Shown here: one piece after another, positions 42,000 through 57,180 of the stretch
How the letters are laid out: each line of letters opens with the position of its first letter
How positions within the stretch are numbered: position 1 is the first letter of the stretch
Source: the human T2T-CHM13v2.0 reference genome, Homo sapiens
Direction: 5' to 3' (one strand)
Length of the DNA stretch: 64,000 bases
Assembly (NCBI RefSeq): GCF_009914755.1
Contig: NC_060926.1
Made by a program: the position numbers and the translations under genes
The notes under the pieces: model-generated
Databases searched by the model: none
What the model was told of the DNA's origin: nothing
What the model saw: only the letters and a program-made list of their open reading frames with translations

Positions 42000-42187
42000 G
42001 GCTGGGCGTGGTGACTCACACCTGTAATCCCAGCACTTTGGGAGGCTGAGGTGGGCAGATCCCTTGAGGTCAGGAGTTTGAGACCAGCCTGGCCAACACG
42101 GTGAAACCCTGTCTCTACTAAAAATACAAAAATTAGCTGGGCGTGGTGGCATGCGTCTGTAGTCCCAGCTACTCATTAGGCTGAGGG
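42000..42187 (+). mobile_element. 3'-truncated AluS
   Basis: GGCTGGGCGTGGTGACTCACACCTGTAATCCCAGCACTTTGGGAGG; stops early in the right arm. Confidence 0.88.
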
Positions 42188-43089
42188 AAATAGACAAAAT
42201 TTGTCATCCAAATAGGCAAAAACTCTAATATAAAATTTTAATATTATAAAATGTTTATTTAGAGAAACATTTTCAATGCAGGGTACATTTTACCTGTAGG
42301 TCTTTGAAGGTTTATGCTCACAGCTTCCCTTTTTAACATAGGCACCTGAAGAAGAAAAGTAACACAATATTTAGCTTATCCTCTTTTAACTAAATGATAG
42401 AGAGGTTTCAAACCCAAGATTTCCATGGTTAAGTTTATAAACTGACTTTTTCAACTGGGTTCACAGTATTGTGACACATGCATTGATTGTTCTAGACACA
42501 GAACAGAAGCAGAAACTTGATCAAGAACCCAGCATCAGAGAAATGAAAATGCTATAAGTGCATAACCAAGGTTGACATGGCAGGAGAAATGTGTGTTCTA
42601 AATATGTGAGCTTTCATGGGAATGTTCTGGATACATTGTAATATTTTCTGGCTGTCATGTGACACCATTTGAATTGATTATTTGTTATTTTAAGCTTAAT
42701 TAACCAATTTTAGAACATTTCCCAGACACATAGAACTATTCCTATATTTTATCCCATAGGTTGCTTAAAGTATTTAGTTCTCCTTAATTTGGAATATATA
42801 CAACTTCAAAGCAAAAATATGAGAATTATGTGAGATTTCAATAATCCTTTCCTAAGGTAATCCACCCCTTTGATCAGCAGTATTGTCTTCTCTTAAATAT
42901 AAAGACCACAACCAACGTTTCAAAACAGGCAAACATGTTTGTGATATGACATAGTTAGTTGCCTGGTGTTGAAAGGAACTGTGTTGTTTCTTGCTATCTC
43001 AGAAAACAAACAGTAAGTCTAGAATAATGATAAAGAGCTTTTTTTTTTGGACAAGAGCTAATTCAAGAAAATAAAAATGTTACTTTTTT

Positions 43090-43500
43090 GTCTGTCCGTA
43101 TTTCTTCTTTTTAGAAACTGCCTCTCTTGTAAGTCACATGATTCTGGTAGTGTTGTCAATTAAGAGGTCACTTCCCTGCCCAAGGGTTGCATGTGATGGA
43201 GCAGGAATAATCAAGCTTCTTGCTTAGTGAGGGAGATGGGAACAGAGTGGGGTCTTCATCCATGTCGCTACAAAGGACATGAACTCATCCTTGTCTTTTT
43301 GTAAGAGGTTGAGCTTGAAAACGAGGTAAATGTGGGAATGTTAGGATCCATCTTTCTCATTATATGGAGAGAACTTGGCTAAGATGAAGTCAACAGAGAA
43401 ACACAGAGGTGAGAGACAGAAGTACAGACAGACAGATGGAGAGACTGACCCCAGGACATTATTTGAGCATTTGGATCAAGGTATACCTAAAGCATGGATT
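43090..43500. mobile_element. old MLT1-type MaLR LTR
   Basis: GAAGTCAACAGAGAAACACAGAGGTGAGAGACAG...GACATTATTTGAGCATTTGGATCAAG resembles MLT1J/K. Confidence 0.5.
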
Positions 43501-43875
43501 ATAATAAAAGAATTTAAATAATATGACAAAATGTTTAATTTTATTAAACTATTCTCAACTATTTTAGAAACAAAATACAGCTTTAAACCTAAAATTTTTT
43601 AATGTGTAAATGCCGCACATCAATAGGCCTATGCCTTTTAGTATGCCACACTCATTAAAATTATACGTATGTACCTCATGAAAGCATAAGTTCTGTTCTG
43701 TCAGCATTACCATCCTTGTAATGTGGTGTGTGTGCAATTATTTGAATATTTTAATATATTTTGCCCATATTTTAGAAAACTGAATGGAAAATTTAATAAA
43801 GAATGTGCTAATATCAATAGGTTTAGATCATTTTAAAGTTTGAAAACAAAACATTTTTTTATTTTTTATTATTCT

Positions 43876-44165
<290 letters not shown>

Positions 44166-44635
44166 CATTTATTCCTGGCTTTAATGAAGATGCTTTCAGT
44201 TTTCTTTTTAATTACATTTCAGGCTTTTATACTGCTAATAGTTTTTGTTATACTATTTATCTTATTGAGTTTTTCTTAAAAAGCAAATATTGCTTTTTTT
44301 TCAAATGTCTTATTATCATTGTTAATGAAGATAACTACAGCACATACTATTTGATGCTCCCAATATCTATCATCTCTTTTTACCTTTATTACTAGAGTCC
44401 ACTAATTTTAGCTGGGGCCATAATTTCTTCAAAACCAAGGTACCACTGTTTATTAAGCAACTGCTTATGCTTAATCTATTTGAGGAGAGAGAAGTAAACT
44501 TATTTTATGTAAGCCACTGTTATTTAAAGTTTTTATTACCAACAAGTGAAGTTTTTGTGAGTTATCTCTTCTTTTCTGTTTTCAATTTTATATTTATATT
44601 ATTAGATTTTTGAACATTAAAACATCCTTATAGTA

Positions 44636-45227
44636 CAGAAGGTCCTGGAATAATGTCATTTTGTTCAATGTTGTTTCATTATAACACTGATGGGAAAAAA
44701 AAAAAAAAGTCACTTCCCATCAGTGGCCACTGTCTGGACATTCTCCCCATGGCTGCATAGGTTACCTACTCAGCTTCCTCCCACATCCCAAAGATGTGCA
44801 GCTTAGGTGAATCTGTATGTCTACATGAGCCCAGAGGGAGTGAGCGTGTGTGTGGGTGTGAGTGTGCCCTGCCATAGGAGGAGGTCCTGGTCAGGGCTGG
44901 TTCCCACCTTGCACCCTGAGCTGCCGAGATAGGCTCTGGCCACCCGCTACCTTGAACTGGAATAAGTGGGTAAAAAATGATCTTACTTGTATTTATTAAT
45001 CTTTCTTAAATGTATGTGTAGCTCATTTTTATATCAATGTTTAATATTAGAAGTGTTTTGGGTCTTGTTTTAGAAGTTTGGTGCTGCTTTTTTACCAGAA
45101 ATATGTAGTAGGAACTTAACTCTTGTTTACTTCAATTAGCCTGTGGTTAAATTGGTTGTTCTAAGTGCTTTTGCTTAAAGTCATGATTTCCAAGACCCTA
45201 CTGATGATGTTAAATGAGAACTTACTG
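44636..45227. mobile_element. MER82-like Tigger element
   Basis: TA|CAGAAGGTCCTGGAATAATGTCATTTTGTTCAATGTTGTTTCATTATAAC ... GAGAACTTACTG|TA. Confidence 0.75.
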
Positions 45228-45821
45228 TACTAGATAATCCAACCCCACTCAGTCATACTCTGATATATTCTTGTAATGCCTTGATGGATTCTGTTTTCTA
45301 ATATGTTATTCGGGATTCTTTGGGTGACATTGGTCACCAGTTTTTGTGTGTGTGAAATCTATTTTATGCATTGGCATCAATTATATGGCCACCTTATAAA
45401 GGAGTTAGAAGATTTTCTTTCTTTACTATATGCTAAAATAATTTAAATAGCATGAGACAATTTGTTCCTCACAGAATTCATTTTTGAAAATGTATGGTCT
45501 GGTACTTTTGGAGAAATAGCTATTTAATAATTTTATTTATTTTATGGTAATTGGTTTGTTCAGAATTTCTATGTCTTCTCAAATCATTTTAGGTAAATTC
45601 ATGAAAAGATAATTGACTATCTTAAGTAAAATATTAACAATGTATTGTGAGATTATAAAATATGTAGAATTCAAATCCAATTTATAAAGTATAAAAGAGG
45701 AAATCAAAGTATGCTGTTTTAAGTTTCTTATACATAAGTAATACAAAATTATTTAGGCAAAATATGATGTTAAAGATATCTCTTGAAAAACCTAGAAGAA
45801 AAACTAAAAATAAAAATACGT

Positions 45822-46117
45822 TTTTTTTTTTTTTTTAGAGACAAGATCTTGCTCTGTTGCCCAGGCTGGAGTGCAGTGGTGCCATCATAGCTCACTGCAG
45901 TCTTGACCTCCTGTATTTAAGTGATCCTCCTGCCTCAGCCTCCCAAGAAACTGGGATTACAAGCAGTGCCACCATGGCTGGCTAGTGTTTTAAATATTTT
46001 TTGTAGAGATGAGGTCTGGCTTTGATGCTCAGGCCAATTTCAAACTCCTGGCCTCAAGTGATCGGGTCTTGGCCTCCCAAACTTTTGGGATTACAGGTGT
46101 GAGCCACCATACCCGAC
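45822..46117 (-). mobile_element. AluJ
   Basis: AGAGACAAGATCTTGCTCTGTTGCCCAGGCTGGAGTGCAGTGGTGCCATCATAGCTCACTGCAG. Confidence 0.88.
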
Positions 46118-47658
46118 TCTAATACTTTTTTTTTTCAATAAAAAAGGGAGAACTAGAAAGCTAATACTGGAGGTAGATTAACACCATAAAAATACCCAAC
46201 CTAAAAGAAGGCGGATAAAGAAAAAAATTAAAAGAACAGATGACAAAAAGAGAGTATAATTAGCAAAATGAAGGCCACCTCCTCCTATCCTGCTCTGCCA
46301 AATGTTAGGCAGTTTGTGTGTGAGGAACTTCTCATGTTTTTTAATTCAACTCAGTAGGTTGCCCTGTAACCTCACTCTTTGATAGGTTCAAGAACAGTAT
46401 TTTTTTTAGATTATCCAGCTGTATCTCATTTTTAGTATGAGATAAACCTTCTCTTGTGACTTCCTATATCCTAAAGAAAAGGGGGATGGTTGCAATAGTT
46501 TCTGTCTTTTGAACAGTGTACTTACTATATTATTTGGTGTACAGACATTGTTATTATATTTCCATTCCGAATTTTACCCTGTGGTTTTAGAAAATAAACT
46601 TCTTTGTCTTATTCAGTGATTTGGAACCTAAATTCAATCCTGTTTGATATGAAAATTGTGACCTTTGCTTTCTCTTTACATGTATTCACCTGGAAAACTT
46701 TTGCTCATCCTTCTATTTTTCCCTCTGAACTTCTGTATTTCAGGTGTGTCTTTTTTACCCTACAGAGTTAGGTACCACTTTCTCTTAATGGCTGAGTTAA
46801 CTTATTTATACTTATGATGAATGATAGATGTAGTTAGTCTTAGTTGTCATGTTAAGTTTTACTCTTTCCTTTTATGCCTGTTAAAAATCTTTCATGTAGG
46901 CTCCCTTTATACATATGTTTATTTATGTCTCCTAATAATTAGAAAGTTTTCATTTTTGTTCTAATGAGTATCTTTATGACAAGAACATCATATAATTCAC
47001 TAATCTTCTATTTCCCCATTTCTTTAAACATACCTAAGTTGTTATCATAAGCAATGATAAAGATGTTTCTTTTTTCCTTCTCTGTTCCCTCTCCTGTATC
47101 ATTTGATTTGGGTTGATTATCTTATCTTTCATGCTATTAACCACTGTCTCTATAATTATATCTTTACTAATGATTTGTTAGCTTTCAGTGATGTGCTTTG
47201 ATCTGCAGCTATTAAAGATGAGGAAATAGAAAAGCTTATACTACTTCTCATCTTCTTTCCCCCTGCCTTTTCCATTTTTGTTAGTTATATATTTCTATAC
47301 TGCAAGAGCTTATGATGCTTGTACTTCCCTATAACTCTATTCCTACATATTTTTTTAACTCTTAGTCCTCAGTGTTAAGACAGCAAATGCTGTCATCAAT
47401 CATCTTTTCTATAAATGTTCTTATTCTTGTGATTACTCAAGAAGGACCCATGGGGACAATATTTTCTGAGTTCTTACGGTTTTAGTATATTGCTTTATTT
47501 TTAAAATCATAGTTTTACTGGGTATAAAATTCTTGGTTCCCCACCTTCTACCCACTTTCTTTTCCTAAGGATGTTGTAGGATTCCTATACAATGTCTAGC
47601 TTTGAATTTCTCTATGGAAAAGCCTGAGCACACTGTGATACCCCACCCCATCCCTTGA

Positions 47659-48043
<385 letters not shown>

Positions 48044-51000
48044 TATTATTTTGAATACATATTTCTTTCACAAAGATTGCTCTTTCACTCTATGAATCCA
48101 AATCTTTTATTTCAGTAAAATATTCTTAAACTACTGTAAATTACATGTTTTAAAAAAATTTTTTAGGGAGCACTGTATTCAAATCTTGGGTCAGTTTGCC
48201 TCTAGTTAATTTTACTTTTTAAATTCCATTTCATTGCCTTACTTTTCTTATTTCTTTTATGTGTATTATTGTGTTTTCTGCATTTTTTCTCCATTGCACT
48301 TCTTCCTATTTTACCTTTATTTTCTTAATGGTTTTGTTATTTTTCTCTTTCACTTTATAGTTGAATTTATATTTTATCTCTTCCTATTGCCTTATGGCCT
48401 CTTCCTTGAGTTCTTAAATATCTTTTTCATCCTCTTTCTTTATAGAAGATATTGCTTGATTGAACTTTTAAAATTTCTGGTAAATAATTTGGTCCCAATT
48501 TTTCTGCTACAATAGAACTTCTTTTTTCGAATATTTTTCATTTGTAAGATATTTCTCTTGTTTTCCTCGTTTTCCTTGTAATATATTTGTGTGGCTCTGA
48601 TGGTGTTTCCTTGTTTCATTATTTATGATTAAAGTGGATGAATTTATCCAAGATAGGTTTATCTTCAGGAGTTTTGTGTATGAGATTTCAGGGCTACATT
48701 CCATGTTAGCAGAATTATCCTGGGACTGACCCAGAATTTTGTATATGAATTTGTCTAATCTTTAATTTTCTCAAGACAATGGGAATAGACACTATGGAAG
48801 TTTTTCACATTGCCAAATTTTGGCTCTCACTACTTCCTTCTCCAAATGTAGTTAATGTGCATAATTCCTGTTTTATTGCCATCTTTTTTATTCTCAGAAG
48901 TAAACCAGGTCCAGGGGAGTTCCTGCCTCCGGTATATGAATCCTATTCCCACTGTTTTCAACAAAGCATTTGGATTTTGCACCCCAGAGAGTGCCCCTGT
49001 CTTTTAAGAGGTGTATTTTGTTGACTCTTTCTTAGATCTGAAGCTATAATGTTTTTTCTCTGGTCCCTTCTGCACACATCTCTGCTTGATCGCCACTCTT
49101 ACAGGAACCCTACACTTACTTCTTAGTTTATGGTTTTAGTACTACTTTTGCCCCAAAAAGGTAGTTTATTTCATCTCTTTCTCTGGTCATTTCCAGGAAG
49201 AAAATGAGAAAATACTAACTTTACAATATCACTTGTATTTTTTATGTCAACTCATTTGAGACATTATATTAACACTGTAGAAGTTACCTCCATTAGCTTG
49301 TTCCAATTGAGACTATTAAAGCGTATTTCAGGAAATATACTTTTCAAACACAATTCCATTTGAATTTCTATTTGTTTTTGACTGTTTAAGAAGCTCTCAG
49401 TTAGTTATATCTCTGATCTCTCACTACTGTTTTTTAGTTTTCTTAAGTCACAATTGTTTTTTGGTTTTCTTAACCAGTCAAATATTTAGAATAAAATATA
49501 TAATAAATGAATTTAGGTAACATGGTAACTACGTTTAATTGTAACAAATTATATCTCAACTACTGGGGGAAAATTTCTCTGCAGGGTGCATATTTAAAAC
49601 CTGTACTTTCACGTATTACACATTAATACTCCTAGAATTCTATGCCCAACAGATTTTCATTCATCAGTTGAATGGACAACTGAGGTACTCATTTTCTGGA
49701 CCCGCTTGCAGGCTAATAGTTTATTTTGACAGCATTGCCATCTTATGCAGGAATGTTTTGACAATTGTGTAAACAACTTACTGCATTTTGTTCTATTTTA
49801 TAAAATCCAACAAGAAACAGGAGAATTAAAGTGCTAAACTAGTGACTTTAGAGGTAATATATAAAGTCCCTATTTAAAAATTAAGCTTTCAATAAATTGA
49901 GACCAAAAGAATCTGGCCTAAATGAGAGGAAATTGAGATACAGTTTGACATGAGGCTAAAAATAAGGTAAGAAGGCAAAATGTATGATGTCAAATCCTGT
50001 TCATTTTTGTCTGTGGTGCAGAAATTTGGCTTTTAAGCATTTTAGCATGACGGAGATTTTTTGGATTGCTTTAGAAATATAGGAGAAAATTTTCTGGGTG
50101 AGTTCTGTTTTGGTCTCCTCTTAAGCACTATTATAAACTCTATAATTCTGCATTATTTAATCTATTAATCAGAAACACCAATGATAAACAGAATTTCTAT
50201 TTTCTGTTTAAGAGTTGCAATTTTACTTTGTCTCAATTTGCTTTCAACAGTCATTTACTTTTTGTTAGTCTGATCTATTTATGCTGGACAGGGAGAGGAT
50301 TCCAGAAATACCCCAGGTGCCAAGATGCAGAGAAAAGCTTAGTTCTGTCTTAAAATCTCTCAGTGCCCATAGGTGCAAATTTTATAAGATGCTGATTAGG
50401 ACTGGTATAGAACCTAGATAAATACTTTACAAAAAATGTAAAGGATGTGCACCGCATTTGAGAATCATTGACCTAAACCTTAGCCTCTGACTTGAATTAG
50501 TTAACAGTTTCAAAGGAGCTCCTTCTAGCCCAGAAACATCTTATTTTTAAGAGGTAAATGAGCCCATGACTTATTTCTTCAAATTAGGGGATGAGAATTA
50601 GAGAGGTAAAAGAACTAAGTCTAATAACATTAAATAAGCAACTGAAAACAGCTGATTTTTCTAACCAGGCAGTAAAGAATCTCTTTTTCTTGTGACGTCT
50701 CAAGCCACAGAAGCCATGTCTTTGAAAAACTCTTTTGTATCAGAAGGGCTCCGCTCCTTTTACTCCATCTTTTCAGGATTGTGGATTGTGGTTGGGGAGG
50801 GTGGACCTTGAGCTTTTGGATGCAGAATTGATGGGAAATTTAAAAGCCTCATGGAAAATGTAAAAGAAAGGAAGAGATTTAAGAACTTCAACTGAAATTT
50901 ACACTTTCTCTTCTGACAGATCCTAAATGGCTGGGGTGAAAGCAATCTTCAAACTATCAATTTTAATTGTCTATGGGAAATAATTTTTGAACTGCAGTTA

Positions 51001-51794
51001 TACCCATTTTGGTTGTTTTTGTTTTTTGGGCAATTGTTTCTTAATTATATTTGGTGATTTGATTTTTCTATTAGATGACACGGTAATTGCACATTTTAGC
51101 AAAGTAATTATGCAAATTTCTATTTCTGACATAATATGAAGAAAAAAACTATATATGTGAATGAAACTGGTTTCACAAATGGGCTTAGGCAAACTTAATA
51201 TCTCAATTATTTTAATTAAGAGAACTGTATAAAAAGTTTCAAATATTTTGTTTCGTGAGATTTCAGGATAATGAACAAAAAGACATAATTGAAAATAGGT
51301 TCCCTTTAATCTTATAATTGAAGCAGAAAGTATTTATTCTAAGCCACTGACTGCCCATTGGAATCATGTTGGAGTCATTTAAGCAAATACCAATATCCAT
51401 TTGGGAATTTCACCTGTGCATCAGTATTTTTTTAAAAGCTCCCCAGGTGATTTTAATAGCCATCCAGTGTTCACAACCACTGAACAAGGCTACCCTAAAG
51501 TAGACTGATCTAAATATTTATTAAGCCTGATATTGCTAAAAATGAGATAGGAATTATGAAATAAGTGTATTCCATAATTGAAGTAAGCCTTAGTTATCAT
51601 ACTTAAGGAGCTTATATTGCACTAGAAAAGATTAAAGTGAAACAAATTTAAAAATTTCAGAAAGTGGCATCATTAAAACCTAACTGTGGCAGAGAATTTG
51701 TTCTAAAGATGTTCTGAGAAGAAAGAAATCATGAAAGAGTGATGATTAAAGAACTACAAGAAGCCAGGCCCCAGTCTGGGCTTCTAAGTGTGGT

Positions 51795-52195
51795 AGCTAT
51801 GGTAGCCAGCCCCCAAGATGACTCCTAGGAAGCCCCACCTCCTGGTATTCACTTTCTTGTGTGGCTTTTCTCTTATTCTCTCTCTCACTCTCTTTTAATC
51901 CTCTCTCTCTTTTTTTCTCTCTCATTAAAAATTATTTTCTCTCCCTTACTCTTTCCTCCCCTTTCTCTCTCCCTCTCTCTCTCATTAATAAGTCTGGAGG
52001 AAGCCAGATGTGAGGACACTTGGGCAGCTTATGGAGAGGCCATGTGGTGAGGAATGGAGGCCTCGGCCAACAGCCAGTAACCATGTGAGTGAGCTTTTAA
52101 GTGGATTCCTTAACGCCAGTCAAGGCTAGAGATGACTATCGCATCAGCTCACAGCTTGACTGCCACCTCATGAGAGACCTTGAGCCATAAAAGTT
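51795..52195 (+). mobile_element. MLT1E/F-like MaLR LTR
   Basis: CAGCCCCCAAGATGACTCC, GGAGAGGCCATGTGGTGAGGAATGGAGGCCTCGGCCAACAGCCAG, CTCATGAGAGACCTTGAGCCA. Confidence 0.65.
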
Positions 52196-55100
52196 CAGGC
52201 CAAGAATGGAAAACAAGGCACTGGGAAGAACATCATGAGCAAAGGAATGAAGAGGAGCTGAAATGCTATGTTGTCGTATTCTGTCTGGAAACATAGGTAT
52301 GTTGGCTAAGAAGCACAGTGTGGAGGAGTGCGGGGAACGTAGACTATCGAGGCTATTGAAAAATGTACTAAGCACTTAATGTGAGAGGGAATAAGGAGCC
52401 ATTGGGCATTTGTTTTATTTTCCCTCTCAAAAGTTTGGAAACTTAATTTTTGAAAACACCATAATTCAAATGCAGAAAAATATTGTTTATAAATTAACAA
52501 GAGGAAAACCAGACCACTGATTTGTATAGAAATAGATGAGCACTACTCTTGTGAAAAAATGTTTAGGTGGACTGACCTCCTTGGAGCAAAGGGTTGGAAA
52601 AGAAAAGGAGAGATTTGATATATGAGATGAAATTTATCAATCACTAGTAAACACTGAAACAACAACAAATTTATATACCATAGATCAATAATAGCCTGAC
52701 CTTCCATCTAAAAATATCTAAACATGTATTAGATAGAGAGCAAAATCTGTTTTTTAAAATTAAGACTTGATTTCCAATGTTGGTTCAATGTGATTTCAAA
52801 TACATTTATTAAAACTTACCACATGAACAAAAATTAATTGAGTGTCTTATACATTTTTCACACAGTCACTTATTTCCTACAAAGCACATAAATACTAAAT
52901 TGAAAGTCCAAGGGCAGCAGTTTTTCATTTTTTCATGATGTTGTAATAGGAGCAGGAAAGAATTTTATGAATGAAAATTCACCTGGTTTAAGTACAAGCT
53001 CATAGCGGTCTTTCTGCTGTTGGAATGTTTACCTAAGGAATTTTGCCTTAGGCAAGTCTCTGCTTTTAGAATAAATCAGATCAACCTCAATTTTGTCAAT
53101 GTTTTGCTTTTGGCCCACTGTTTATTTTGCAAGTAATACTCAAAATCAACAGTTGGGTCTAGGGTGAACATTAAGGAAACTGTGCCCACAGTACAGGGTC
53201 TGCATAAACCACCTTTGGGGAATAATTTACTTTTTCTTCTCCACATTTATTCAGAAAACAAGATAGAGCATCTTCTTAAGTCAAAACAATTGTTTCCATT
53301 TTAAAGCAATGAACAGTTAGTATATACATTTCAGAAAACCAGAAAAAATAAGTTATTTTTAACTGTTTATTGTAACACCAACAAACAGAACATATCACTA
53401 CTGCATTTTTCTTTCTTTACTTCTATATTTTTTTTCCCTGTAGCCTTAAAGGGTTTTTAACATTTAAGTTTTAGACAATTTGAGTCTCCATCTCACTGTG
53501 GAGGAAAATGCACTGAGCAACCTAGTATCTTTAAGGATACTGTGGGACTTATTTCTTATAATTATATCTAGTTTGAATTTTTAGTTTCAACTGATTTTTT
53601 TATCTCATTTGTCTCTGACCTCCCTTCTCTTTCTTTTGTTGGCCCAACATAGAACAGAACCCTCTGTTTTTAATTCAAAATATAGTCCAAACAAGACACT
53701 TATCAAAGGTCCATGTGTAATAGACTTTTACTGTTGATTTGGTGAGTAGTTACACTGAGTGATAGCACTACAGATAAGATTAATATTAGACATCGAGTTC
53801 TTAAGAGTTCCTTGGCTATTTGTACTATTGAGAATTTCTCATTTTGTGACTTTTTCTTGATGGTGGTCTTCCATCTTCTTCCATCTCTAGACTTCCTCAG
53901 CCCCTCTCTTATGCCTGTCCCTGGAAACTAAAAGTTCTTCCCAGTTTCTTATGCAGAGCAATTCAGTGCTGTCCTTATTTACCCTTATCTCATAACTGGC
54001 CACATCTTAAGACCTATCTTTCCCCAAATGCCATGACCCTTCAGAGGTTTTTTGGCTTGTTTTGTTTTTGCTAATCAAAAAAGAGTTCTCTCTTAAGAGG
54101 AACTGACCTGCAGTATTTAACTGACTCCTTCCACCCTCATCCCAGTCCTCTCCAGGAGTGTGGATCAATTCAGAAGATAGTCCTAAATCTTTAAACAGGA
54201 TGAGTCAGGCAATGGTACTAGTGCTTGTGTGGTATTCTCTCCTGTTTTTTTTAAACCTTCCGATAATCTGGTAATTACCTGTCATTTCTGTTGATGGAAG
54301 AATTAGATGATTGGGATCCCAACACGATGCATCTGTCAGCAGCATTGATTCATCATCACTGGATGCCAAGGTTTTCCCTGATGTGAAAAATGGAGGATTA
54401 ATTAGTCAGTGGCTTTCACTCCTCCCCCTCTTCTGTTTTTTAATTCTCTCTGTATTCTAGCGTTATGATCCTGCTACCTGTTTTATTCTCTAAAAGGGAC
54501 ATCCTGGTATAGGGGGCGGGAGTCAGAAGAATTGGAGATAGTGTAAAAAAAAATTATTCTTTCCTTTAGGCATTAATCTGACCTCCATTTTTTTTAGAGG
54601 TCTTCTTAACTGTGAGTATTCAGTTAGGACTTTCTTCCCCCTTTTATCCTATAAACCCTCACAGCCAAGCATACCTCTGTGACGTCTACTGGCCTTTCCC
54701 ATACTGCACCTGGCTAGACTATGTTTTATTCTCTGTGTATACAAAGGATAGGACTTAGAGAGTTAGATACAGGGATTATGGCCCCTAAGCAATGCATGCT
54801 CAATTACAAATATTAAATTGAGCACAGAACAGTGAACTCTATCTACAAACAGTAACAGATCAGTGTTCAGAATCTGAATGTTCATTTGTCTCACACGGCC
54901 TGCACAAAGAGTACAGGCAAAACTTACCTTAAATATCTTAAATAGGATTTTGACTTGGCTTTTCTCCTCTTATGGCTAATAAATGTCATCATCATCATCA
55001 CCATTGTCATTGTCATCTCTCACCATGCCTACTCTCCTCCCTCCCTAAAGCACACTCTTTCCCTTCTCCCTCCCTTGTTGGGAGCTAAGTGGACAAGAAA

Positions 55101-55317
55101 TGCGGCACAGAACTCTGAGAGAGTTCAAGGCAAAAAGGGTGTCAGGACCTGGCAGGTGGAGAGAATTGAAGTCACACAGCCGGTGATATCAAGAGTGAGT
55201 GTGGAAAAAGCAGAGTCATGGGTCAAAGATGCATGAGTTGCTGAGTGGGGAGAAGGAGGAGTTCCAGAAGTGTCGGAAAAGAAACAATCCAATAAAGTAG
55301 GAGTAATGTTGTATTTA

Positions 55318-55644
<327 letters not shown>

Positions 55645-56329
55645 TCAACAGTGTTCTCCTAACTCTAATTAGTAATGGGTGAAGAGAAACTGCACCCAAA
55701 GCGCTCATCTCTAAAATCATTTTAATGTAGATTAAATTTATATATGATTAAATATCTTATTTATATTAATTAGAGAGGTATGTATAAAATTCAGACAAAA
55801 TCCTCAAATTTTATTTCCACTTCTAATTCCAATTCATCTGCATTACTATGTTTTTTTAGCAAAAATAGAACAATAACTTGTCAATACTTCTCTTGTTCTT
55901 CTATGACTTGGATGAGGATAGAGACTGCAGCAAAATGGTCACCATCCGAATCAACTTGAGGACAACAAAGAAGCTAGCATTACAAATTTTGGCAATTCAA
56001 ATATGGAATAACAGGTTCCTGAAGTATGATTATTCATTGTCTTTCCAAGGAGGCTCCAGGTTCAGAGTAGTTGCATTTAAACTCTGGTTCCAACACTTGC
56101 AAACAAGTCTTGGAACTTGGGGAAGTTAACCTTGCTCAGCTGTACTTTTCTCATCCTTAAGACAGCGATAATAACAGGACCTACCTCATATACGGATGTT
56201 GCGAAGAATGACATAATACATGTGAAGCACATACATGGCACACATTAAACTCTGGATAAATATGAACCATTACTGTAACACATACAGGTGATTAAATAAG
56301 GACTGGCTACCATGATGTTCTCAGATGCT

Positions 56330-57180
56330 CAAGCGAAAGATGTGGGGGGCATCTTTAACCCTACCTTTCCTCTCATCACCACAGCAAATCTGTGACAAAG
56401 TCCTGTCTTTCTTAATTTTAAAATAAATCCTAAATCCATACTCTTCTCTCCACCTCCACTGTAACTGCTGGTACCCAGGGCACCATCATCCCTTCCGGCC
56501 GATGGCATCAGCCTCTCACAGGTCCCAGCTTCCAATCTCCTTCCTCTCTAGTCCACTCTCCAAACTGCAGCCAGAGCTGACTCATAAAGTTACAAATACT
56601 ATCAAGTGGGGGCACTTGTGAACTGTCCTCTATTTCTCTTTGTTTTTAGAATAAAACCAGACTCAGTCCCATGACCTTCAGGGTCTGGCTTAATTTGACT
56701 CCTGTCCCCCTTATTCACTTCATCTTATTCCACTTTCCTCCTTGCTTGCTTATGGTCAGCCACAATGACCACATTTTAGTTCCTTATCAACATCAACCCT
56801 TTCTCCAGGTACTCACTCTTCTCTCAGCCTGCACTGTTCTGTCTCCCATTCTCTCTTTTTTAAATTTATTGATTTACTTATTAAAATTTTTTAATTTTTA
56901 ATTTATTTTAAATTTTTTAAAATTTTTTATTTTTAATTTTAAATATATAGTACATAGATATATTTGTGGGGTACCTGAGATGTTTTGTCTCCCATCCTCT
57001 TAATGGCTGGCTTATTACTATCCTGCAGACCTCTGTTCAAACTCTGCCTTCTAGAGAAGGCTCTGTCTTTCCTGCCCAAGGGGGCCTCCTTTATTAATTG
57101 GTAATCTCATCCCCTGGCTTATTTCCTCCATGGCTTTCATCACAACCTGTAATTATCATCTGTGTTTTTTGTTGTCTACA
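56330..57180 (-). mobile_element. L2 LINE fragment
   Basis: CCACTCTCCAAACTGCAGCCAGAG, AGAATAAAACCAGACTC, CTCAGCCTGCACTGTTCT typical of L2. Confidence 0.6.
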
